A stretch of 58,232 nucleotides of DNA, the filler included, from Sphacelaria rigidula (taxonomy: Eukaryota): the NCBI GenBank assembly GCA_964200075.2. It is 9 parts of 9 records of this genome, joined end to end, with 100 filler letters (N's around TTAATTAATTAA, not from the genome) between each part and the next. Parts side by side here need not be neighbours in the genome. Positions count along the whole stretch, not along the records: positions 45,371 to 51,751 come from CAXNAA020020431.1; positions 51,852 to 58,232 come from CAXNAA020020432.1; 7 more parts are not named here. One strand, written 5' to 3'. The notes beneath the pieces were generated by a model. The model was not told the origin of the DNA. It searched no databases and worked only from the letters and a program-made list of their open reading frames with translations. The translations under genes were made by a program, and so were the position numbers. Of the stretch, positions 49,586 through 58,232 are shown piece by piece (positions within the stretch are counted from its first letter, which is position 1; each line of letters starts with the position of its first letter).

Positions 49586-50320
49586 TGCGACGCGTTGATT
49601 TACACTTTGGTGATTGGTAAGTTACAACAAGGCCACCACTGGCCGCGTCGTACATAGCGGTGTTGAAGAACTCTTATTGAACTCGCGGTATGATCGGTTG
49701 CAAACGTCTCCTCATACAGGACAAATTCGTATCATGATGAGGTAGATTGCTCTTTCGGAGCTGTCCGTTCCGCCATGTCGATATTCTACCATTGGTACAG
49801 CCTTCAGGCTCAGAGTCCACCACTCGCTATTTTTTTCTGTCACTTTTACCAGTTTTTTTGCGTACAATTACCCGCCCCTGAAACCGATCGGTGGTGTTTT
49901 GTTTTAATCAGGGATTATTGGACGAAGAAGTAACGTGAAGGTACGACCGGCTGTGGCTTTTACTCCGGTTTGTGTTCGGGCCAATCTTGTTTTAGTCCGA
50001 ACGGGCAAATACTATGAGGAGCGGGCTGCGTTGGTCCTCTCTGTCCTGTGTATTTGTCGTGGTTCAGAAATGTGTTGAGCGATCTGCCTCGGAACTACGT
50101 AGTAGGACCGAAGGTTGTGTATCCTTCACTACGTTTTTTTTTACGTGTACGGACACCTGACCTCACGAACCGGTCAGTTGTTTTCGTATCGTCGTGTGAG
50201 AAAAAAAAAAGCTGTACCACTGGATCATCACCCAGACGTTTCAAGCAAGTTGTTGCTCTCACAAACATGTACCGACAATTTACTCCTGTCAACGAGTTGA
50301 TTTGTCCGTATCATGTTACA
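49586..50320 (+). repeat. 3' LTR of Gypsy copy 2 (735 bp, TG..CA)
   Basis: Follows AGGAGGGTCACGGGTAA. TGCGACGCG..CATGTTACA are imperfect terminal inverted repeats differing only by transitions. Confidence 0.8.
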
Positions 50321-51851
50321 TTCATGTCACATTCTCATCTACCTTGGGGTGTGGCTTGGTCTGCTAACGAATACTTCGACATAATGAAAATGCATGAAGA
50401 AAGCTCAACCGAGGACGTCTATTGACTCTGGCAACATCTCAACACATCTACGAATAGCTCTAAGAAAAACACAGACATTACTGCTGGACATCAACTCTTG
50501 CTTACTATGGCAAATAATGAAGACTGAAAGCAAGACACAGCAAAAGCTCGTGGGAGTTGACCGGAACGGAAAGCGGGTACTACCCAAGGAGACACATGTT
50601 GATGAACAGAAGGCGAAGGTTGGCGTCGACCATTCCTTCTATTGTCGGAAGTTCGTTCTGAAGGAGGAGAAGTAGGACATAATCGACGTGAGCCTTTCGT
50701 TTTTCCCTATCTTCGGTTTTTGTCTGAAGGTCGGCGAGAGCACACGCACACGCGTACACGTATATTTGACCCGTTCGTTCGCGCATTTTCATCACCTTTT
50801 CAAACGGAACACTGTGACGAACAAAAAAAGTTTGATCAACAGGAAACAAAATATGTGTACGTGTTCTAAAATTTACCCAAGCCAGAGACAGCCTGGCGGA
50901 AAGAGACAAAAACAAAATCGCCGTTCCAAAATTCACCGAACCTCGCAAATAACTTGAGCATAGTCCGCAATTTACTATAGAATAGACGGCCAGGACAGGG
51001 ACACTACAATTCTGCTCCATAATTTCCCGAACCGCGTGAAATCTGCTGCTATATTCACCGAACCCCGAACCCCGGGATATCGAATCTAAGGAACACAGAA
51101 AGTCCAACGAAAAAAGCCCCCTGCGGAAGGCTGCAAACAGGTAACAATGGCCACATAGCGTCTATGATGGTTGTTGATTGAAATCATATTGATATTACGC
51201 ACGCATATGTCGCGCGTACACGAGTCAGACGCGCGCGTATGGTGTCAGGAAATATAATCGCGTTACCGTTTGAACGTCATGCGTTGGTCCTAAGCAATAA
51301 AGGCTGCGATTGCCAAGTAATGGACAACCCATATAGCGACAAAAAAACAGTAAAACTGCGAGTCAAAGATTCACCAAACTCCGAGAGATCGAAGCATTTG
51401 TCTTGTTGTTGTTGCTTACGCTCTCATGGATTGGACGCCTACGCTGTAAATAAAACTAATCGCGTTACCGCTTCAACTTGAGTGTGTTGCACATGAACAG
51501 CCATATAGAGCATAAACGAATAATTAATTAATTAGTTGTTTAGTTCATCAATTATAGGTTGATTGAGGATGGATAGATGGATGGATGGGTGGATGGATTG
51601 TATTTTTTGGACAAAGGGGAGACAATAAACAACAAATTGTTCGAATTGAGGATTAACTCCGAGACGAGGTTCAAGCCTAAAACAGTGCTTTCCTCACACT
51701 TTTAGCGATGGTGCCCGATGACGCTTTTGTCGGCCCAATGCCCCTCGATCGNNNNNNNNNNNNNNNNNNNNNNNNNNNNNNNNNNNNNNNNNNNNTTAAT
51801 TAATTAANNNNNNNNNNNNNNNNNNNNNNNNNNNNNNNNNNNNNNNNNNNN

Positions 51852-52003
51852 CACGAACCCCGTCGACTACTTTTGTTTACTCACGGTCTCACGCTTTCCA
51901 CGGTGGAAATCATGCATTACGGAGAAAAAACCCAACGCATCGGGAATCGAACCCCCGTTCTCTCCACCCTAACGGCGACCATTACACCACCGGGGCGCGG
52001 CGT
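51852..52003 (-). mobile_element. tRNA-derived SINE 5' head
   Basis: The minus strand has A box TGGTGTAATGG and B box GGTTCGATTCCC, lacks a proper anticodon arm and continues into a SINE body. Confidence 0.7.
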
Positions 52004-52398
52004 TAGAAAAAAATAATGTTACGTTCATCACGTAAAAAAAATTAACGTTCACGTTACGTTTCGGCCAAAATGGAACGTGAACATAACATGTATCGTTGTG
52101 GCACGTGTAACGTGTAGAATCCATGAAATTTTTGAGCACGCGTGCGCTGCGATGCATATCAAGTAAGCGAACTCGGAAATTTGAGGGTCAAGACACAGCA
52201 TGAGCAAGTGTGAGAATTTTAATTTGTATTTTTTTCACCCGAGGTGTGGCTGCTAGAACTGATTTTGTACAAAAAATAAAATAATAGGCACATGCTGCAG
52301 TGTGCGTTTTCCTCCTCGTTGTCGTACACGTTTGTGGCGACTGCTATTCTCGCGGTATCGGCCCGTGTGCTGTTTATGTGCTGCGGTGCATCCCACAG

Positions 52399-52498
52399 GG
52401 CCAACTTCATCGTTGTCGTGCCAGGAGCTAACTACCACCTCTCCCCCGAGGACGTAACGACAAGCTCTGAACTGTTGAAGGGTTCAAAAGTCATGGTG
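52399..52498 (+). CDS. RBKS: Ribokinase (PfkB family) exon
   Basis: cag|GANFIVVVPGANYHLSPEDV..KVMV|gtgagt. Upstream exons lie outside the contig. Confidence 0.9.
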
Positions 52499-52905
52499 GT
52501 GAGTCATTTTGTGCCGCGTAGATGAGCGCTCGCCCACAAGCTCGCATCAACCAATGAGTGAGTAAAGCACGAGGGCTGTCTAACGAGGTGAAGCTTTGGT
52601 AATGCGGTGGATGATGGAACAGCGACACAGTGATGCGACGTGAGATTACCCAAGAAAAAAGGAGCACCTGGAATGGGCGTTTGCTGCTCATCTCCCGAAT
52701 TCTACAACCATGCGTATCACCATTTTGTCCCGACTTCAAGCAATAAGCACCTGTACTGCGTGGCGAAACCAAAATCTCCGTACATCGCTTATGGAAATCC
52801 TGTCTGCGAGCTGTGACCGTCAATGTTACGATATTACATGCTTGCTAGCGTGGACCACATCAACGTCAATACCGTAATCTTGTTCGCTCTATACCGGCCG
52901 GGTAG

Positions 52906-53018
52906 TGCCAGGGGGAGATGCTAGCGGAGACTACCCTGGCAGCGCTGGAAGTAGGGCGTGCAGCCGGCATGATAACGCTTTTCAACCCAGCCCCAGCCGT
53001 CAAAGACCTCCCGAATAG
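52906..53018 (+). CDS. RBKS: Ribokinase exon
   Basis: tag|CQGEMLAETTLAALEVGRAAGMITLFNPAPAVKDLPN|gtgaaa. Contains the NPAPA motif and phases match. Confidence 0.92.
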
Positions 53019-53414
53019 GTGAAATGGGATTATACCACACATGTGCTGTGCAACTGCAACTGTCGTGGGGCCTGGGGGTTGATGCGCCGGAAGGGTTTAC
53101 CCAGCTTTACGCAGAGCTATGATGTTGCATCTCCCCATTTTCCTGCAGGGGCGAGGGAAACAGACTATATCGAAAGTTTTGCGAACCTGTGGATAGTGCT
53201 TCGGGAGTGCGTGCTTCGGCTCATATAGTAAGGCGACTGGAAGGTTTCACGTAGCGAAAGGGGTTGTATTGTAGACGTTGGCGTCACGTGACAAGATGCT
53301 GGCATGCTTCCATCGATGCCACGACAGTCAATTGACTGCTGTAGTTGGTGCCATCGACAGCCACCGTTGAGGTTGCGTCACCCATGTCCTCCCGTGTTGT
53401 GCGACGGAAGACAG

Positions 53415-53542
53415 GTTTCTTGAGGTGTCCGATGTGGTTGTTCCGAACGAAACAGAGTTAGCACTCATGTGTCAGAGCACGGATGTCGACCCTGACCGAG
53501 AGGAGAGCGTGTGTGAGGGGGCGAGGGAGCTGATCCAGCGAG
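53415..53542 (+). CDS. RBKS: Ribokinase exon
   Basis: cag|FLEVSDVVVPNETELALM..GARELIQR|gtgcga. Contains the PNETE motif. Confidence 0.92.
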
Positions 53543-53960
53543 GTGCGAATCTGGGGGTTACTGTGCGTCATCGGGATGCACAAGTGGACACTACAGACCT
53601 TTTCGTTTTTCCGAGCAGTGCACGCGTGTTAACGTACCATGTGCGTATTGTCGGTCCGTTAGTCCATTTCCGGTACGTCAAGCTGACTGCGTGCCCTTTC
53701 ACTGTAGTCGTTCTTGTATGCATACTGTAGCTTATCCTGGGGCGTTGCACGGTGACAGCAAACGTGGTGAAGAACCCACAGACGCGCTTCACCAGTAGAG
53801 TTCCGCTATTCTGTCTAATACAATTTTCGGCGGCCATTTGCTGATACCATGGTAAGTCATAGCTTGTATGTCACAATTTCACCTTTGCACTCTTTCTAAA
53901 AAGTATCTGACTTTTTTCTGGGCTTGTTAATTCTTGATCTTGTGTGTTGCTATTTCCTAG

Positions 53961-54174
53961 GTGCCAAGTCGGTGGTGGTCACCTTGGGCAGCCGGGGTTG
54001 CATGTTGGTCTCATCCGTAGCCCCAACCCTGGGGCAAAAAACGTTCACGATTTTTCCCGCGGAGAAGGTGGTTGCCACCGACACGGTGGGAGCGGGTGAT
54101 GCGTTTATGGGATCCCTGGCAGCGTGCTTGGCGAAAGGGCTTGCGTTGGAAGATGCCATCCCAAAGGCCGTGAG
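53961..54174 (+). CDS. RBKS: Ribokinase exon
   Basis: tag|AKSVVVTLGSRG..DTVGAGDAFMGSLA..|gtgagg. Contains PfkB signature 2. Confidence 0.95.
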
Positions 54175-54487
54175 GTGAGGGACCGTGAACGTTGTGGCAG
54201 GTATAATGACGTTCGTCGCGGCAGGTATTACGTCGATTTCGAGTATTCTTGAGCTTTGTTCCCGTCATTCAGATAAACGTTTTCCGTCGCGAAGGTCGCA
54301 TATTGGAGCTTGCATTACGTTATCGGCATGAGTTCGCGTGATGAGTTTCTTCATTGACCATCTCGCCCGACCCGCTCATTTATGTTTTCATTGGATCTTT
54401 AACCAAACCCAGCGTTATACTCTCACGTTGTGGGCTACAAGCTCCTCTTATTCGTCTTGTATCTGGTCGTTATTGCGTCCTTGCCAG

Positions 54488-54578
54488 AGTTGCGTCGATG
54501 TCAGTGACTCGAGCAGGAGCCCAGCCAAGCTATCCCCGTTCGTCCGAGCTGCCACCAGACCTCAAGCTCGCTGAGTGA
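54488..54578 (+). CDS. RBKS: Ribokinase last exon
   Basis: cag|VASMSVTRAGAQPSYP..AE*. Typical ribokinase SV.R.GAQ.SYP C-terminus. Confidence 0.92.
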
Positions 54579-55362
54579 CCGCATGAAGATTCGTACAGGA
54601 GAAGTCGCCCGGAAGCGTATTTCGCGTTGTGTACTCAAATGCCTTGATGGATGCAGGATTGTGACACGCAACACTTTTGGTGACATGATGCGAGTGTGTA
54701 TGTGTACAGCGAGGCGTTTCTTTGTCGTCCAAGGTTATGGATCATGACGCTTTAGGTCAAGGGCGAGAGAGCAGGAAGGGGGCATGGTACCCACGAACGA
54801 AAACAGAGGGGCGAGCAAGTGCTTGTATTGTCTTAGGCTGTTGAATCATGCAGCAGGATGTTATTCCCCGCTACAGTGAAACTACAGGGTAAACACGAGA
54901 AAAACAGTGTGCATCTACAGCGTTGTAGCTGTTGTTGCTACTAGGCGTCCCCCATTCGGAAGAGCAAGCATCGTAGTATGAACGCAACCACATGCGTGTT
55001 CATGTTGGTCCCAGTATTCACTCTGCTGGATCCTCTTCAGCGTGTACTACATGAAGACAGCTACCGTATACCACGCGCAAACGTCGACGCCAAACAAGAA
55101 CACCATGTAGCGCGCACGGAAAGCTGGCTACTGGGGGAGGTGTGTTGATGCTCTTGTTGTGGAATGTCGGTTCGTGGATGTAGTGTGGAGCGCACACAGG
55201 TTGATAGTCCCAGAGAGAGTGGGTGTCTCGTTGAGGACCAGGCAGCTAGCAAGCTGTCGGTCGCGGAAAATGATGTTGTTGGGTGTTGTTCAAGGGACAC
55301 AGGAACGACGCCGATGCGATAAACACTCGGACGTGAGCTCGAAACACGAATGGGGTGCTGCA

Positions 55363-55637
55363 GAGCAATGCTACGGTAGGGGTTGCACTTTTTGTTTCTG
55401 CTCCTCTTTTTTGTAGGAGCCCGAATATATGGGGCTAACTGTGCACCCCAAGTCTTAGGGGACCGGACTCCCAGAAACATGGTGTTTGCACGTAGAGGCC
55501 TTTTCGTGAATCGGCATCATGTAAAGTCTTTCTCAGGTGAAAATAATGCCGATTCTCAAAATGACCCATGCAACACCCCGAGCAGCCCCGAAAAACGTTT
55601 TTGCTACCAAAGTGCAACCCCTATCGTAGCATTGCTC
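55363..55637. mobile_element. MITE with GAG..CTC termini and 4-bp TSD TGCA (Sola2-like)
   Basis: TIR GAGCAATGCTACGGTAGGGG / CCCCTATCGTAGCATTGCTC. TGCA on both sides. Confidence 0.9.
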
Positions 55638-57132
55638 TGCACAGCTAGCAGGCGCCTGTAACAGTAAGCGCAGGGCGCTGCAGAAGAAAAGCCGATGGAG
55701 ATGATGCAGCTGTAATAATCTTACGAATCACGTGCCGTGGCGCGTGGAAGACGATGAGTACACAGAAGGAACAGCCTGAGCTACTCGTCATTTGTGGGCC
55801 AACACGAAGAAAACAGTGTTGAACTCCGAAGCTCCGATAGGAGATTAGGTATCAGCGAAACTAGGGAAATGGTGTGTCGTTATATAATTGTGACATGGGT
55901 CACCCCTTGATCGATTGACTCTCAAAAGCTGATCTGAGCTCACAGTGCGAATGTCGCGCCACTTGATGCATCTCCTTTAGGCGAGATGATTGTGTAACCT
56001 TTCCCATCTCTTTCGAGAAACGATGTTCTCCTGTGGCATGCAACACACGCGCGTGGCTGGTCACTAAAAACAATCCCAGAGTCGGTTGATCACCATGTAG
56101 GAGGACTAATTCGTTACTGTTATGGCTGTGGAAACCCGAGTTCGATTGTCGAACTGGCCACCATGTATCAGATATGCAGCACACACTTGATGACTGGTGA
56201 GCTTACACAGTTGCAACCCCGAAATCTCGCCATTCCTCGATCACTACTACGGCGAGGGCTTGAAATAATTGCCTGGCGCGGATTACGCACGTACGCACGC
56301 GACATGAAGCGACCAGGACCTGGACATTGAGTCGTGGCTCCCCATGATGACATTGTGCGGCATTCACTATATTACTATAGTATACTGTCCTGACGAGTTA
56401 ACAGGCACGGGTCGATATTGCAATTTCACTAAGTGAATTTGGTTTCTGCTGCGGGTAACGATTCGACTAACCGGTTCTTAGCGACTCCGTTTTTTTTGCG
56501 ACTTGATTTCTGCGGCCCGATTCTTGCGACGTTTTTTCCAATTTTTCCAATTGGTTATTGTCTCAGGCTATTTCAAATTCGGCAGTAGATTTCTGTGACA
56601 TAAAGACACTCTTGTTTTTTCTGAATACTTGAAAAAAAAACAAGGAGAACTTTTCGAAAAGCTGCTCAAAACATGACACCGTTATATTGAGTACAGGGCA
56701 CTACACTGAACACAACACAATTCTGCAGTGGTATATGGAGTGCAGAGTACTACGCTGGATACAAGACAACACGGCAGTTCTGTAGTGTTTTTTAGTCTTA
56801 GAACCTGAAGACGGACTGTATACGGTATGCATCAGCTTCTCTTGTTGCAAAATTAATCTTGCCGTGGCCGCGAGCGCTGGCGCCGATGCCAACGGCAGCA
56901 GCCGTCATGCTGACGAGTGCAAGCAGTACCCTGGCGGTGCAGTATATCAGCACTGTGCTGTGCGTCGCTCCTTTCATTGAAGTATGGGGTCTGGCCTAGC
57001 CGGTCGAGCGGTGTATACTGGTGCTGGTTGTGTGCCTTCACCCAGCTGTGTTCAGTATCGCGCAAGTGATGGGTCCGGGTAACGTGAAATTTCAACAGTC
57101 CAGTGTGTACACAGCACTGCGTTCTGACTGAT

Positions 57133-57577
57133 AACACGGGATCTTACAAATTGGGGATGGATCTTTTATTGGGGATGAGAAACCCGGAGGATTAAAATCT
57201 TCGTATCTACACCGAATCTTGAGAACATGGTTTCATTTCCATACGTACTGATTGCTATTCACAACTGCTACACGTCATGGAAATTTGGATTTCGATAACC
57301 GAAACGTTGGGGTCCTACGTGAAAAAACAATATTGGGGGACTCCGGGTGTCCGAACGGACGCCAAAATGCTTCTGAAATTTGGTTCTTGATTTAGGACCC
57401 CAGCATTTCGGTGGTCGAAATCCAAATCTCTATGGCGTGTAGCAGTTGTCAATAGCTATCGGTAGGTGAGGAAATGGAACCACGTTCTGAAGATTCGGTG
57501 TGGATACGAAGATTTGAATTCTCCGGGTTTCTCATCCCCAATAAAAGATCCATTCCCAATTTGTAAGATCCCGTTTT
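57133..57577. mobile_element. Palindromic MITE family A, 4-bp TSD TGAT
   Basis: AACACGGGATCTTACAAATTGGG..CCCAATTTGTAAGATCCCGTTTT. TGAT on both sides. Confidence 0.9.
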
Positions 57578-58232
57578 TGATACTGTATGTTACAGAGAGA
57601 CGAACGCAACAATACAGCACATCAAGCAATCTCAGCCGAGACCAAACCGTCTTCGCAAGGTCCAAACACACCCCAGAACAGTGATAGCTACAGCATATGA
57701 AAACGGAAGTGAGTGTGTCTGTGCTGCAGTACAGTGAGACAAGACGTGTCTCATGTTTTACTTCTTCGGGTGATTCCAAACGGGCCCTCAGTGTTTGCAG
57801 GGTGCCGATCTTGAACGCTCGGACATAATCGCCCTTCGCGCAAACGATTTAATTTACTACAAAATTATCCCCATGTATGACCTACAGGAAACGCAAAGGT
57901 GCTCTGGAACGGTCTCAGGTGTCAACATCCGCTGAGCCCTCTTTTCGGGGCAATAACGACGGAGAAGGGTAAAAAAAGCACTTTTCAACAAGTTATATTT
58001 TTTCGATACATCACAAATCACAAGTAGCCTAAATAACAAAAGAAAACGAAAAAAGAAAATTTGAAGCCCGATTGCGAAGCCGAGCAATCTCTTTGCTAGA
58101 TTTTTCCAGTCTAATACCTCTGTTGATTTCCTTTTTTGGGGGATAACTTCGTCATAAACACCAATCGCACCCTGCTCCAAAGGGCACCTGAACACACAGC
58201 AGATAACAGCCGATTTTCGAAAATGGGGTTGA

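Larger units (their letters stand above)
45526..50320 (+). mobile_element. Ty3/Gypsy LTR retrotransposon, 3' part (copy 2, decayed)
   Basis: Collinear with 1021-5697. Retains the KLSLNWTGPWEI (GPY/F) segment and ends TATCATGTTACA. Confidence 0.92.

Noticed and set aside
4954..50320. Two LTRs bounding one giant 45-kb element
   Set aside because: Both are 3' LTRs of separate copies, each preceded by its own pol and purine tract, on different contigs.
51920..52003. tRNA gene
   Set aside because: A and B boxes are present but there is no complete cloverleaf, and it continues into a SINE body.
18005..54578. Gene cluster of P450, RFC1 and ribokinase
   Set aside because: The genes are on different, arbitrarily joined contigs.

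Overview
Eukaryotic, repeat-rich DNA, most likely from a brown alga (Phaeophyceae). This is inferred from the gene models, the CYP74-clan exon and the repeat types. The window is not one locus. It is nine unplaced contigs of almost identical length (6382, 6382, 6382, then six of 6381 bp) joined by 100-bp N/TTAATTAATTAA linkers, so features on different contigs are not physically linked. Host genes: five 3' exons of a ribokinase (52399-54578, +), two C-terminal exons of RFC1 (27894-26321, -) and the first exon of a probable CYP74-clan (CYP5164-like) oxylipin P450 (18005-18415, +). Mobile DNA: two decayed copies of one Ty3/Gypsy LTR family (354-5697 and 45526-50320), tRNA-derived SINEs, LINE-type 3' ends, many MITEs (GAG..CTC/4-bp TSD, piggyBac-like, Tourist-like, hAT-like, mariner-like) and a 599-bp satellite that has absorbed a MITE. 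The best candidate for something new is the Gypsy integrase C-terminus. It appears to carry two chromatin readers in tandem, a chromodomain-like module and a PWWP-like module, and the element has a repeated hairpin motif in its long 3' UTR.
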